This document shows, piece by piece, positions 17,706 through 27,755 of a stretch of DNA of 32,000 bases. Positions within the stretch are counted from its first letter, which is position 1; each line of letters starts with the position of its first letter. Where the stretch lies: positions 2,580,001-2,612,000 of the forward strand of contig NC_006138.1 of assembly GCF_000025945.1 (NCBI RefSeq). The letters run 5' to 3'. The notes under the pieces are model-generated. The model did not search any database and had not been told where the DNA came from. It saw only the letters and a list, made by a program, of their open reading frames with translations. The translations under genes were made by a program, and so were the position numbers. Source of the DNA: Desulfotalea psychrophila LSv54. GTDB lineage: Bacteria > Desulfobacterota > Desulfobulbia > Desulfobulbales > Desulfocapsaceae.

Positions 17706-17870
17706 AGGGACTACTAGTAACATATTAGAAAAAAAGCAATTTTTTTCTGCCCCCGCTTCTGGTCCTTACCTACCCAAAGACTCAGCCTATATACCTAAAA
17801 GAAATGCCAAGAAAAGGTTAGACCAGACAATCTATCAATGCCCTTACTCCATTAAATGGGCAACTACCTT

Positions 17871-17930
17871 TTAGCCCCTAAATCTAGCCTTTATCTGCTC
17901 CCAGGCCTCTCTTTCTCAAGCAGGGCGTTC
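17871..17930 (-). pseudogene. Remnant of a paralogue of the small membrane-protein gene at 20517..20732
   Basis: A stretch of about 55 nt aligns to 20517-20576. With one indel the remnant reads KEAWEQIKARFRG*, against KEAWQHIKARFKGKG* in the intact gene. A TGA lies immediately upstream in that frame. Confidence 0.5.
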
Positions 17931-18404
17931 CATCGGCAATAGATTGTCAGCACAACCCTTTAAATTAATAGAATATTCCACAGCTTCTAGGCGGACCATG
18001 CTTAAACCCTGACACTATTTATTAGCATGTTAACCTCTCTTTAAGAACCTGCCACTGACAAATCCTGCCTCTGTTTTTAATCTTTGTCATGAGTTCTGTC
18101 TGAGATAAAGATGCCCTTGGTAATGAAGAGTAGATTTGCTAAAATAAGTGCAACAAACTAACAACCAGGCATGAAAACCACGGCAACCATTACAGACAAG
18201 AACACCAAATGGAGACAGAGAGATTGTGTTATTTCGCCACTTATCTCCTCTCCAGAATTACAAAAAACAAGGAGGTATTTCGTCCAAACATTTGCCGATA
18301 TATAACAAGAGAAAAGAAAGTAGATGAAACGAAAACCCCCAATAGAACAGACAAGAAAAAGGACGGACGAGAGATTTTTTTCACTTAATTCAACACCAAG
18401 AAAG

Positions 18405-19033
18405 GGATCGTGATGCCAAAACGTTGACTATGGTAGAATGTGGTTTTTTTAATGTTCTGATATGGCTACATGTCTTGCCGTTTTTGCGGTGGTACTGACG
18501 AGGTAAGACGGCACGGCAAGGACAGTAATGGAAATCAAAGATTTCGGTGTTCAGATTGCAAGCGAACCTTCCAGCTAGAGTACCCTTATGTAGCCGATCG
18601 GCATGAAAGATATAGTCCTGGCAATGCTGGTATACGTGATACTGCAAGAGTTCTTAAAGTGGGCTGCATGGGTCTTACCCGTTTTAGAAAACTCAATCCA
18701 AGACAAGTAACTAGGTTCACAGATAAAGTTAAAGACATAGAACTGATTTGTGATGTCACCATGGGCATTTGTTAAAGATAAGAAAAATCAAAGGTGGCTC
18801 TGGTACGCGTGGGAACCACCCTAGGCGATCATCGCCCATGCTTTCGACAAGAGAAATACCGAAGCATTCAAGTTACTTCTGGGATTGTCAGCACCTTACT
18901 ATATAAGATTTTTCTGCACTGACAATTTTACTAAACAACAATTTGGCAACACGACCCTCTGCTACTTAACCTGGTACGAACTTTTTGCATCCAACATTAT
19001 TCAACAAAACAATTCAGAACAGTGCCTGCATTA
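18405..19033 (+). mobile_element. IS1-family insertion sequence remnant (left end plus disrupted transposase)
   Basis: The left end GATCGTGATGCCAAAACGTTGACTATGGTAGAATGTGGTTTTTTT resembles the IS1 IRL (GGTGATGCTGCCAACTTACTGATTTAGTGTATGATGGTGTTTTT). The InsA-like zinc finger reads CRFCGG..VRRHGK...NQRFRCSDCKRTFQ. After a frame change comes KKNQRWLWYAWEPP*AIIAHAFDKRNTEAFKLLLG...FCTDN, with an in-frame TAG at 18822-18824. No complete DDE region or right end was seen. Confidence 0.75.
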
Positions 19034-19057
19034 AAAAATAACACTCTGAAAAGTAGC

Positions 19058-19837
19058 CTAGAACCTCCAGGAAAATCCAATTATCGGCCCAGACTGTGAA
19101 ACGTCATACAAAAAATCATCCTTTTGATAATCAACATCTAAATAGCGATATCCAATCGTGGTAGAAAAAGTTTCAGTCCAAGCATAGCCCAAATTGAGAG
19201 TTGCGTCCCACATAAAGTCTGATTCTACCCCAAAGCCACCAATTAGAAAATTTCCGATGAGAAAAAAATTCGAATCACCGAGCACGGTCAAACCTTTCAG
19301 ACCCAGAATGGGATCAACCCACTCTTCTCTATTACTAAAGCATTTCGGCCCATGCGTCCCTCCTGTAAGAGTAAGACCCGACTCAACAGACCAGTATCTT
19401 ATCCCTGCCAGCAGATCAAGAAACTCTTTATCAGCCTCAAAGAGACGATAAAAGGCAGCGGTTGAAACCATCCACGTTTTTGTTGTTGAACTAACTTGGG
19501 AAAAATAGGAACTAGATAACGGCTCCTCGGATTCAATATCTATATAGGAAATATCCAGCACGACCCCAACACGACCCTGACGAACCTCACCAACAAGCAT
19601 GAGGGCACCGTTAAGATTGTCTAAGACATCATCATAAAAATCAATATCAATATCCGCAGGCGGAAGCTCTGGCAAAGTCGCCACGGTTCCCCGTTGTCCT
19701 GCCAACCATGAATAGGGTGTTAAGTGAAAGATCCATTGATCTTTTTCTTCAGTTGCAGAGTAGGCAGGTAAGGAGAAACTTTGCAAAAAGCATAAACAAC
19801 AGAGTATTGATAGAAATAGTTGCCGCATTGAATTCAT
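19058..19837 (-). CDS. Outer-membrane beta-barrel protein of unknown function
   Basis: The signal peptide is MNSMRQLFLSILCCLCFLQSFSLPAYSA. The body shows an alternating amphipathic beta-strand pattern and ends in GFSWRF, a terminal aromatic residue typical of OMPs. Start 19837 has AGGGG 6 nt upstream. Confidence 0.7.
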   Translation of the reverse strand: MNSMRQLFLSILCCLCFLQSFSLPAYSATEEKDQWIFHLTPYSWLAGQRGTVATLPELPPADIDIDFYDDVLDNLNGALMLVGEVRQGRVGVVLDISYIDIESEEPLSSSYFSQVSSTTKTWMVSTAAFYRLFEADKEFLDLLAGIRYWSVESGLTLTGGTHGPKCFSNREEWVDPILGLKGLTVLGDSNFFLIGNFLIGGFGVESDFMWDATLNLGYAWTETFSTTIGYRYLDVDYQKDDFLYDVSQSGPIIGFSWRF

Positions 19838-20516
19838 AATTGCCCCTTTGAAATATTTTCTATATGCCCAAAAGCCATGTCTCAAACTGAAAAAATCAAA
19901 TAATTAATATGCCAATACAACGGTTTACGCCTAGACTATTTTGCTAACACAAAATTTGCCTGAAGACAAAAACGAAGTCCCTCAGGGCCCGCCTCTGGGG
20001 TAACCAGCAGTCTACCCCAGCTAACAAGTTTTGAGACGGCCACATTTATTGGCACTGACCAACTGTCCTATTTCCAGTTATAGTTAATTTGAATTGGCAG
20101 CGTAATGAGATCCGCTATAGGGTTCGATAATTCCTGGGCTAGATCGGCATCATTCATCTGCCCCTTTCTTATTCTGATAGATTTGCATGCTTGACATTTA
20201 TGGCCACCACTTTCCATACCAAAGATAACAATATCAAACATATGCATTGTTTCAAAAAACATTTTTCTTTTCAAACTATTGGTGAGTGAAGATAGACCCT
20301 CGAAGATTTGTGATGGACAAAGGAAAAGCAGAACGACGACTAAGGAATTGTTGTGGCAGGATGACAGACAAATGCTGAAATTTACGGTAGATGTATCATG
20401 GCTATCTAAGGCGTGCGAAGTGCTGAGATCCTTGAAAACCCTGGGGGAGATAAAGACAGTCGAAATGTGAGCCACAGGATCATATTAGCCAAGCCCCTTG
20501 CCACTTTAAAGTGCAC

Positions 20517-20732
20517 CTAGCCCTTGCCCTTAAATCTGGCCTTTATATGCTGCCAGGCCTCTTTACCCAAGAGGGCAATACCAGAAAAGAATGCAACTTC
20601 GGCAGAAATTATCAAAACAGTTGTAGACTCAGCCATATGGACTGTGCTTATCTCTAAAAAGGGCAGGAGTAAAATGACAGCCCATAACAAAAAAGAGAGC
20701 ATAATAAATGTATATCCTATAATTTTCTTCAT
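20517..20732 (-). CDS. Small 2-TM membrane protein, resembling the so-called transporter suffix domain family
   Basis: MKKIIGYTFIMLSFLLWAVILLLPFL...TTVLIISAEVAFFSGIALLGKEAWQHIKARF has the pattern I recall for that family: two TM helices followed by LLGKE.W..IK. Confidence 0.55.
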   Translation of the reverse strand: MKKIIGYTFIMLSFLLWAVILLLPFLEISTVHMAESTTVLIISAEVAFFSGIALLGKEAWQHIKARFKGKG

Positions 20733-20871
20733 TCCCCCCCATCATTTTTATAAAAATTGAAGTTTGCAAGCAGCACATATTACCAACAAAGACAAGATTA
20801 CTGCTTGCAAAGAGATGAGACAGGTTTAAATAGGATGCCTATGCCTCCACCTAAAGCCAGATGACTATACC

Positions 20872-21253
20872 CTATCCCTGACTGGGGGCAAAATAGGTAC
20901 ATCCCTGATTGTCTGTCTCCATGACCCGGACAGAGTAAAGAGAGTATCTCTTATGCTCCAGAACCGGGGCAAGGATATCAAAGATAAAGATGGCAATATG
21001 CTCCGAAGAGGGGTTCTTCTCTTTAAAGTAGGGCAAATTATTGAGATCCCTATGGTCAAGGAGCTCTATTACCTCTTTGGTCTTTTTTTTCAAAACGGTA
21101 AAGTCAAGTCCCATTCCACATTCGTCAAGCCCCCGTTGCCCGGGCCGTAACCTTTACCTTCCAGTTGTGTCCATGGGGATGTTCACAGTCTCCGGGATAA
21201 TCACGTAGATGATGAGCTCCTGAAAAGTGGGTCTTTATAAAAATTTCAAACAT
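20872..21253 (-). pseudogene. queD: 6-carboxy-5,6,7,8-tetrahydropterin synthase (QueD) gene interrupted by a +1 frameshift in a G5 run
   Basis: From ATG 21253 the frame reads MFEIFIKTHFSGAHHLRDYPGDCEHPHGHNWKVKVTARATGA*. Removing one G from the run (plus-strand C5 at 21130-21134) gives ...TGLDECGMGLDFTVLKKK..., which joins the 80-aa track ORF. The total of 382 nt is 127 codons plus 1 nt. Confidence 0.8.
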
Positions 21254-21514
21254 TGTATAAACCTCGTAGGCTCCGTACATAGTCGGAGCTCTTTACCTGC
21301 AGGGCACCTTGAAAAAGCCATCTCTTCAAATTTCAGCCTAATAAAAAATTTATCCTCGAAATATTAAACATATGTCTGTGGTAAATCTTTTATTCTGCCT
21401 AGATCTTTATTGAAATGCCCCATTCAAACTACCCTGTAATAAATAAAAAATAGCCAAATAGCTCTGCTCGATACTTTCATCATAGCAGAAGTTAAACAAA
21501 ATGAGAACGATGAG

Positions 21515-22312
21515 ATGAACAGAAGTGGACAAAGAGATAAGAGAGAGGAGAGCCCAGAAGAATTCAGCCACGACACTCTCTTTAGCGGCGAACTCTCCTG
21601 CAGACAACATAGAGAGGGCTATCGTTTTTCTCTTGATGCGGTACTTGCGGCCCATTTTCTTCCCCCCCGTAAACAGGCCCGCATCATTGATCTTGGCTCA
21701 GGCAGTGGCATTATTGCCCTAATCATGGCCTATAGGTGGAGGAATTTGGGGGTGCACATTACCGGTTTTGAGAGACAGCAGAGCCTTATCAGCCTGGCTA
21801 AGGGTAATATTGAGTTGAATGGTTACGATGAAATCTGTACCATCAAAGAGGGAGATGTTCGCCATATCCTGCAACACCTCCCCCCAGAATCCTTTGAGCA
21901 GCTGGTGTCCAATCCACCCTTTTTCCCCCTTGGCTCAGGACGGCCAAGCCAAAACAGAGAGGCTTATCAGGCCAGGCACCAGGTTGCCGGGGGCATTGAG
22001 GATTTTTTATATGCAGCCTCAAAGGTATTGGCCAATAAAGGCCATGCCGTTTTTATCTATCCGGCAAATGGCCTCACCGATTTTTTGCTTGCGGCCAGAA
22101 AAAACAGATTAGAGCCTAAGCGAATTCAGTATATTTATGACTACCCGGAGGGAGAATCCGAGGCCCGCCTCTTTTTAATCCACTGTCAAAAAAATGGGGG
22201 TGCAGGTCTTAAAACAGAACGGCCCTTTTATGTTTACGAGAAGAAGAACGGTGCATACCATGAGTCGATGCAAAGACTCTATGAACCCTCTTCTCAGGAG
22301 GCTTCCTTTTAA
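21515..22312 (+). CDS. trmN6: tRNA1(Val) (adenine(37)-N6)-methyltransferase-like SAM-dependent methyltransferase
   Basis: GYRFSLDAVLAAHF, the SAM motif I IIDLGSGSGIIAL, and the N6-adenine motif IV VSNPPFFP. Confidence 0.7.
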   Translation: MNRSGQRDKREESPEEFSHDTLFSGELSCRQHREGYRFSLDAVLAAHFLPPRKQARIIDLGSGSGIIALIMAYRWRNLGVHITGFERQQSLISLAKGNIELNGYDEICTIKEGDVRHILQHLPPESFEQLVSNPPFFPLGSGRPSQNREAYQARHQVAGGIEDFLYAASKVLANKGHAVFIYPANGLTDFLLAARKNRLEPKRIQYIYDYPEGESEARLFLIHCQKNGGAGLKTERPFYVYEKKNGAYHESMQRLYEPSSQEASF

Positions 22313-22336
22313 ATTCTTATCAGGCAGGTGACTTCG

Positions 22337-23842
22337 ATGCATGCAAAGGTTTTAAGCTGTGCAGTAGTGGGAATTGATGGCCTTCCCATCGAAGTAGAGG
22401 TTGATATAGCCAAAGGAATACCGCAATTCTTCATTGTTGGCCTGCCCGACAACGCCGTCCGGGAAAGCCGTGACCGGGTAAAGCCAGCCATTAAGAACTG
22501 TGGTTATTACTTTCCTAATCGAAGAATTACGGTCAATCTTGCTCCAGCTTCGGTAAAAAAAGAGGGCGCCGGTTTTGATTTGGCCATTGCCATTGCCATT
22601 TTAATGGCCACGGATCTTATCTCTGTATCTGTTGCAGAGACCTGTGTTGTGGGAGAGTTGGCTCTTGATGGTAAGGTTCGCCCAGTCCGGGGGTGCCTGC
22701 CTCTAATCCTGGGCGCCGCCGCCTCCGGCTGTAAGAAGATTTTTATCCCTTTCGAAAACAGGGAAGAGGCGGGCATTGCCGCGGGAAAGATAGAGATCCT
22801 GCCAGTGAGTTCCCTGCCCGAGGTCGTTGAGAATCTGCTAGGGGTGAGACCGATTCAGGCCCTAAGGGCAAAAGACTATAGGGAAGGTACGCATCTGCCC
22901 CGCTATCATTTTGATTTTAGTGAAATACGAGGGCAGCTCCATGCCCGGCGGGCCCTGGAAATTGCAGCCAGCGGTAGCCATAATGTTCTGATGAAGGGTC
23001 CTCCGGGCTCCGGCAAGACCATGCTTGCCAGGCGACTTGCAACCATCTTGCCACCCATGAGTTTTGCTGAAATTGTTGAAACCACCAAAATTTTCAGCGT
23101 TGTCGATGTAAAAGGCGAGGGCCTCGGTATTCGCCCCTTTCGTGCCCCTCACCACACCATCTCCGATGCGGGCCTCATTGGCGGTGGAAATATTCCTCGC
23201 CCCGGTGAGGTCTCTCTTGCCCATAACGGGGTTCTCTTTCTCGATGAACTTCCTGAATTCAAAAGAAATGTCCTGGAGGCGCTTCGTCAACCGGTGGAAG
23301 ACGGCGAAGTGACCATCTCCCGAGCCCAGATATCTCTCTCATTTCCTGCAAATTTCATGCTTGTCTGTGCCCTCAATCCCTGTAGCTGTGGCTTTTATGG
23401 AGATCCTCACCATGAGTGCAACTGCACGCCACAACAAATTCAGCGTTACATGGGCCGTGTTTCAGGTCCCCTACTTGACAGAATAGATATCCACATCGAG
23501 GTACCGGCCCTGAACTATCAGGAGATGAGTTCCGCCCAGCAGGGTGAGTCCTCGGCACCGATTGCTCAGCGGGTGGCAAGATGCCGCAGGCTTCAGCAGG
23601 CGCGTTTTGCCCACCTGGACCATATCCATAGCAACAGTCAGATGGGTGGCAAAGAGATAGAAGAATTTTGCCAAATTGACCGCGACTCATCCCTGCTTCT
23701 GGAGAGGAGTGTGAAAAAGCTCGGCCTCTCAGCCCGGGCCTATCATCGCATCTTAAAGATTGCCCGCACCATTGCCGATATGGAGCTTGCCCCCTCCATA
23801 GAGAGGCCACATATTGCCGAGGCCGTGCAGTTCCGGCGTTAA
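22337..23842 (+). CDS. comM: YifB/ComM-family Mg-chelatase-like AAA+ ATPase
   Basis: The N-terminal sequence MHAKVLSCAVVGIDGLPIEVEVD is a Lon-protease-like domain. It has the Walker A motif GPPGSGKT, GVLFLDELPEF, and a C-terminal LSARAYHRILKIARTIADM. The track start is GTG 22328, but ATG 22337 fits the family N-terminus. Confidence 0.9.
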   Translation: MHAKVLSCAVVGIDGLPIEVEVDIAKGIPQFFIVGLPDNAVRESRDRVKPAIKNCGYYFPNRRITVNLAPASVKKEGAGFDLAIAIAILMATDLISVSVAETCVVGELALDGKVRPVRGCLPLILGAAASGCKKIFIPFENREEAGIAAGKIEILPVSSLPEVVENLLGVRPIQALRAKDYREGTHLPRYHFDFSEIRGQLHARRALEIAASGSHNVLMKGPPGSGKTMLARRLATILPPMSFAEIVETTKIFSVVDVKGEGLGIRPFRAPHHTISDAGLIGGGNIPRPGEVSLAHNGVLFLDELPEFKRNVLEALRQPVEDGEVTISRAQISLSFPANFMLVCALNPCSCGFYGDPHHECNCTPQQIQRYMGRVSGPLLDRIDIHIEVPALNYQEMSSAQQGESSAPIAQRVARCRRLQQARFAHLDHIHSNSQMGGKEIEEFCQIDRDSSLLLERSVKKLGLSARAYHRILKIARTIADMELAPSIERPHIAEAVQFRR

Positions 23843-24139
23843 GGGAGAAGAAGAGACAGAGCAGGCCATCTCCACCGGCTTACTCAATCGCTACCGCCCT
23901 CTCCCATCTTTTGCTACTTGAGTTACAGAGTTGTTTTCCAAACAGTTAAGCTAAGGCTCTCTTTCTCCGTCTCCTCCTATCCACCCTGTAAAAACAGGGA
24001 ATAGCCCAGACAGAGATAGCCTTTACCGGCTGTTTTTGCTATGTATACAGCTCGTATCAGATATTATATTATCGAGGACTTAGTGGTGATTGAGTCTTGA
24101 ATCGCCATAAAACCTTAAATTTTTCAAAGAGAGATTTTT

Positions 24140-24526
24140 ATGCAAACAATGGTTAAGGAATTAAAATTACTTCTTCCCTTTAAAGAGACAACAGAAGTTG
24201 GTGATATTATCCTTATTGTAGCCAAGGAGCCACAGATCCTGCAGTATGCGGTGGTAACGGGTATAGACCGGGATGATAGCCGTAAGGATGAGTGGTGGCA
24301 TGTTCATTTCTCCTTTCTTTCCATCCCCCTGCAAAAGGCCAGTTGGACATTACGCACAGACCAGATGACGGGACAAGAGATCTTTACCATGGGAGGCGAA
24401 GAGAGATTTGTTCAAGCGGTTGACGTCCATGAACCGGAACAGTCCACAAAACTTAACGGCTCCTCCCAAGGTGGAAGCGAAAAAAAACCTGCCCCCAAGA
24501 AGGGCGGCTTGAGACGGATAAAATAA
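24140..24526 (+). CDS. Hypothetical protein with a Lys/Gly-rich tail, probably co-transcribed with thiL
   Basis: A 128-aa ORF whose stop lies 1 nt before the thiL ATG. I recognise no family. Confidence 0.5.
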   Translation: MQTMVKELKLLLPFKETTEVGDIILIVAKEPQILQYAVVTGIDRDDSRKDEWWHVHFSFLSIPLQKASWTLRTDQMTGQEIFTMGGEERFVQAVDVHEPEQSTKLNGSSQGGSEKKPAPKKGGLRRIK

Positions 24527-24527
24527 T

Positions 24528-25514
24528 ATGCGAGAGCTTGATATCATCGGCAAGATACAACAGCATCTTACCGCCTATAATGAAAAAGTTATCTGTGGCA
24601 TCGGTGATGATTGTGCCGTTTTTTCAGGAGATAATGGCCGCCCCTGGCTAATCACCACCGACACCTTGGTGGAGGGGCATCACTTTGATTTAAGCTGGCA
24701 TCCAGCCTATGAGTTGGGCTGTAAGGCAATGGCTGTTAATATAAGTGATATTGCTGCCATGGGTGGCCTGCCTGTGCATGCCACCATCTCTCTTACCTTT
24801 ACCAAAGACACAGAAGAGGCTTGGCTGGATGAATTCATCAGAGGTCTTGCCTATATGCACCACAGATACAATATCAACCTGATAGGCGGGGATACGGTGG
24901 CCGGGGAACGTCTAAGTATTACCGTTACCCTGCTTGGACAAGCCCACAAAGAGCCTGTTTATCGACATGGAGCCATGCCGGGTGATATTATCTATGTTGG
25001 TGGCCCACTAGGATCAGCTGCCGCCGGACTTTTTCTCTTTCAAAATCACCGGGATGAAATCGAGACGCTTAAGGATGAGTATGCCTCTCTCTTGCGTCAT
25101 CACCTTGCCCCCATGCCTCAGGTAGAACTTGGCAGGGCCCTGGCCGACAGTGACTACATAGGGGCCATGCAGGATATTTCCGATGGACTTGCCACGGATC
25201 TCGCCCATATAGCCAAAAAAAGCGCGGTACAGGCCGTGGTCTTTGAGGATAAGATTCCGGTTCTACCAGAGTTTACAAGGCTCTGCAAAAGGTACCAACT
25301 TACAGCAACAGAGTTGGCTCTAGGGGGAGGAGATGATTATTTACTTCTCTTTACCGTACGAGCAGGAAGGGAAAAAGAAGTTGAGCGACTGGCAAGATCG
25401 GTACAGGCAATGGCTTATCCCATTGGCCTTATCACTGAAGGCAGCGGGGTTATGCTTAAGGGCCCAACGGGAAATTTGACTGATATAAGCTTTAGAGGAT
25501 TCGAGCATGAGTAA
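24528..25514 (+). CDS. thiL: Thiamine-monophosphate kinase
   Basis: IGDDCAV, TTDTLVEGHHF, AMAVNISDIAAMGG, LIGGDT and DISDGL are PurM-fold/ThiL signatures. The length is 328 aa. Confidence 0.9.
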   Translation: MRELDIIGKIQQHLTAYNEKVICGIGDDCAVFSGDNGRPWLITTDTLVEGHHFDLSWHPAYELGCKAMAVNISDIAAMGGLPVHATISLTFTKDTEEAWLDEFIRGLAYMHHRYNINLIGGDTVAGERLSITVTLLGQAHKEPVYRHGAMPGDIIYVGGPLGSAAAGLFLFQNHRDEIETLKDEYASLLRHHLAPMPQVELGRALADSDYIGAMQDISDGLATDLAHIAKKSAVQAVVFEDKIPVLPEFTRLCKRYQLTATELALGGGDDYLLLFTVRAGREKEVERLARSVQAMAYPIGLITEGSGVMLKGPTGNLTDISFRGFEHE

Positions 25515-25540
25515 GCCTGTTCTGGCTTACCCATACCTCT

Positions 25541-26038
25541 TTATACGTATTCTGTAGCCACGAAATTGATTAACAGGCTCTCTCTGTCAGGGGTAAGTTG
25601 CCGACACTTCACCCCTGACATATTAAACATCTTTTTTGATGCCCGAACCTGATCGGTATCCTTATATTTATCAGAGAGATAGATAACCTCTTTAATCCCA
25701 GACTGAATAATAACCTTGGTACACTCGTTGCAGGGAAAAAGGGCAACATAGATCTTGCAGTCCATCAGATCCCTTGAGCTTGAGTTTAACACGGCGTTCA
25801 GCTCTGCGTGGCAGACATAGGGGTATTTGGTTTCAAGAAAATCCCCCTCACGACCCCAAGGAAGATCATCGTCATCGCAACCCAGCGGAAAGCCGTTATA
25901 GCCAACCCCGACAATCTTATTTGCCTTATTGGCAATACAGGCACCCACCTGGGTAGATGGATCCTTGCTCCGTTGAGCAGAGAGAATCGCTACCGCCATA
26001 AAGTACTCATCCCAAGAGAGATAACCTTTTCTTTTCAT
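25541..26038 (-). CDS. Deoxycytidylate (dCMP) deaminase
   Basis: It has WDEYFM..A.L.A.RSKDP.TQVGA, plus the zinc motifs HAELNA and [19 protein letters not shown]. Confidence 0.9.
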   Translation of the reverse strand: MKRKGYLSWDEYFMAVAILSAQRSKDPSTQVGACIANKANKIVGVGYNGFPLGCDDDDLPWGREGDFLETKYPYVCHAELNAVLNSSSRDLMDCKIYVALFPCNECTKVIIQSGIKEVIYLSDKYKDTDQVRASKKMFNMSGVKCRQLTPDRESLLINFVATEYV

Positions 26039-26871
26039 TTTACCTCAGCTCTCTTTTTAAATTCTTTTCTCAGTCTACGCCAATTATTGATCCCCAACAG
26101 GGTATCGGTGAATGTTCTTATTGTCTCAAAGTAGAGCTTTCCACCCACTTCAATCATGGTGTTATGCTCAGCACCGGGAATAACATGAAATTGCTTACCT
26201 CGGGCCCCGCAAAATGACTGAAGATTTTCTGCCTCAGCCGCAGGAATAAGAGTGTCCCGAGAACCGTGAAAAATCATGGTAGGTCGCTTTACATCTACAA
26301 TTTTCTGACAATTTCTAAAACAATCCTCTTCGGTCAATCCACTTGCCTCAACATCAATACCCAGATTTATAGCAAGGGGCAGGGTATTGGCAAAGCCACT
26401 TTCAATGATAAGGGCCTTTATTACTGCATCGCGTTCCTTGGCAACCTCAATAGCAGGAGCAGAGCCAAGGGAACGACCCATGACGATAATGGGTGCTGTG
26501 TAACCATTTTCCTTAAGCCACAGGCTTGCCTTGTCATAGAGGAGAACGGCATCGGCAAACATATTTGTTACCGTTGGCTCACCGTCACTCCAGCCATAAC
26601 CACGGTAGCTGGTCATAAAGAGGTTAAGACCATGCGAGGTATAGACCTGAGCTATTTCATCATAGTAGGAAACGGACTCTGCATTACCATGGAAGAAAAA
26701 GATATTAGGCGCATCAAGGGCGGCTGCATAAAATCGGCAACTGATATTTATGCCAGCCTCTACTTCGATGTCAACATCGGTGGCGTTGAGTGGCGGGGTG
26801 TTTCGTGCCTCGCGAACGGGATGGAATATATGGGACAGGGCCTCTGGTTGATCAAGTTTGCTATATGTCAT
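26035..26871 (-). CDS. Alpha/beta-fold hydrolase
   Basis: It has an HGN oxyanion region (FFFHGNAES), the nucleophile elbow GRSLGSAP, and a late FHG..D......H. Its stop overlaps the dCMP deaminase start by 4 nt. Confidence 0.75.
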   Translation of the reverse strand: MTYSKLDQPEALSHIFHPVREARNTPPLNATDVDIEVEAGINISCRFYAAALDAPNIFFFHGNAESVSYYDEIAQVYTSHGLNLFMTSYRGYGWSDGEPTVTNMFADAVLLYDKASLWLKENGYTAPIIVMGRSLGSAPAIEVAKERDAVIKALIIESGFANTLPLAINLGIDVEASGLTEEDCFRNCQKIVDVKRPTMIFHGSRDTLIPAAEAENLQSFCGARGKQFHVIPGAEHNTMIEVGGKLYFETIRTFTDTLLGINNWRRLRKEFKKRAEVK

Positions 26872-26951
26872 AGTTGCTCTTTCTCTTTTATAAATAATAA
26901 AAAATAATCTGCCAAACTTTAGCTTATGGGTTCACGAGGCACAAGATAACA

Positions 26952-27662
26952 CTAATCTTGCTTGGAGTCATCCGCTTCAAGCACCTTTGACCAATAGGTA
27001 GCAAGCTCTGCAGGTTCTGGCTTAGGCTGTTTGGCAATCATCTTAAAGGTTTTGCCCATGATCTTCTGCAGAAGATCGTCAAAATCTTTAAGAAGAGCTT
27101 TTTGCTGATCAGCCTTTGCCGCCCGGATTGTGTTCTGCAGTTGCAGGAGTTTGTCGTGGTCTTTTTTTGCACAGTGCTCAGCAAAAATTTCTTCAAAGAT
27201 TGCATTACGAAGGGCAGGCAGGGATCCACTGAAGTCCTGAGTAAACTCACGGAGGTTCTTATTCATCCTCTTCAGCTCACCCTCTTCAATCACACACTCT
27301 TCACCATAAACTTCACCGTAGGAGGTGGCCATTTTTTTAACGGCCTCCTGAATGAGAAACCAGTTTACCGTAGAACCGTGCAGAGCGCTCAAGATGACAA
27401 GGCTGGCGCCAATGGCAACGGGATGGGCAGGGCTCAGGCTCCCCGGGGTGACGGCCTGTTCACTTTCAAGTTGTATCTCATAGATTGAGCGAAACATATG
27501 TCCATAGCGATAGGCAAAAGCAGCATACTCCATTACTATCTTGTACTGTGATCGTCGAATGGTGCCGGCCCAATCTTCACAGGGAAGTAGTGAGGCATCT
27601 TCTTGGCGAAAGCTACCGCAGTGCGGACAGGGCCATTTGCTATAATCAGTATTGGCTGGCAT
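26952..27662 (-). CDS. Hypothetical protein with an N-terminal CPHC-type Cys motif
   Basis: Start 27662 (MPANTDYSKWPCPHCGSF) has AAGGA upstream. The longer track start 27734 would run through the tRNA-His terminator hairpin. Confidence 0.55.
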   Translation of the reverse strand: MPANTDYSKWPCPHCGSFRQEDASLLPCEDWAGTIRRSQYKIVMEYAAFAYRYGHMFRSIYEIQLESEQAVTPGSLSPAHPVAIGASLVILSALHGSTVNWFLIQEAVKKMATSYGEVYGEECVIEEGELKRMNKNLREFTQDFSGSLPALRNAIFEEIFAEHCAKKDHDKLLQLQNTIRAAKADQQKALLKDFDDLLQKIMGKTFKMIAKQPKPEPAELATYWSKVLEADDSKQD

Positions 27663-27704
27663 AGGATTTCCTTTAGAGAAGAACGGAGATTTTGGGGATA
27701 AAAG

Positions 27705-27748
27705 GCAAAAAAAAAGGGTTCCAACTTTTTTCAAAGTTGGAACCCTTT
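27705..27748 (-). terminator. Intrinsic terminator of tRNA-His
   Basis: A perfect stem AAAGGGTTCCAACTTT-tttc-AAAGTTGGAACCCTTT is followed on the minus strand by a T-run of 9 or more. It starts 8 nt after the tRNA 3' end. Confidence 0.85.
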
Positions 27749-27755
27749 ATATAAA

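Noticed and set aside
20068-20475. A 135-aa minus-strand ORF
   Set aside because: Only the last 25 or so residues (DLAQELSNPIADLITLPIQINYN) resemble the N-terminal motif of MetA-pathway-type outer-membrane channels. There is no signal peptide before it and no barrel after it. It is at most a gene fragment (about 20068-20160), so I did not call it as a CDS.
21254-21400. A possible preQ1 riboswitch upstream of queD. A GCTCCG-N8-CGGAGC hairpin is present at about 21267-21288.
   Set aside because: The sequence does not show the preQ1-I or preQ1-II conserved loop and A-rich tail pattern. The hairpin alone is not diagnostic.
23843-24139. A possible second TPP riboswitch upstream of the hypothetical-thiL operon
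   Set aside because: No CUGAGA, ACCUGAU or AGGGA blocks occur on either strand in this gap.
26266-26907. A 213-aa + ORF, together with ORFs 28129..28644(+), 29093..29476(+) and 29223..29714(+)
   Set aside because: They are antisense to well-supported minus-strand genes (the alpha/beta hydrolase, the Cys-rich protein and the PDT-TyrA fusion).
26952-27734. The longer 260-aa version of the ORF, starting at 27734
   Set aside because: The extra 24 codons lie across the perfect tRNA-His terminator hairpin and T-run. The internal ATG at 27662 has a proper RBS.
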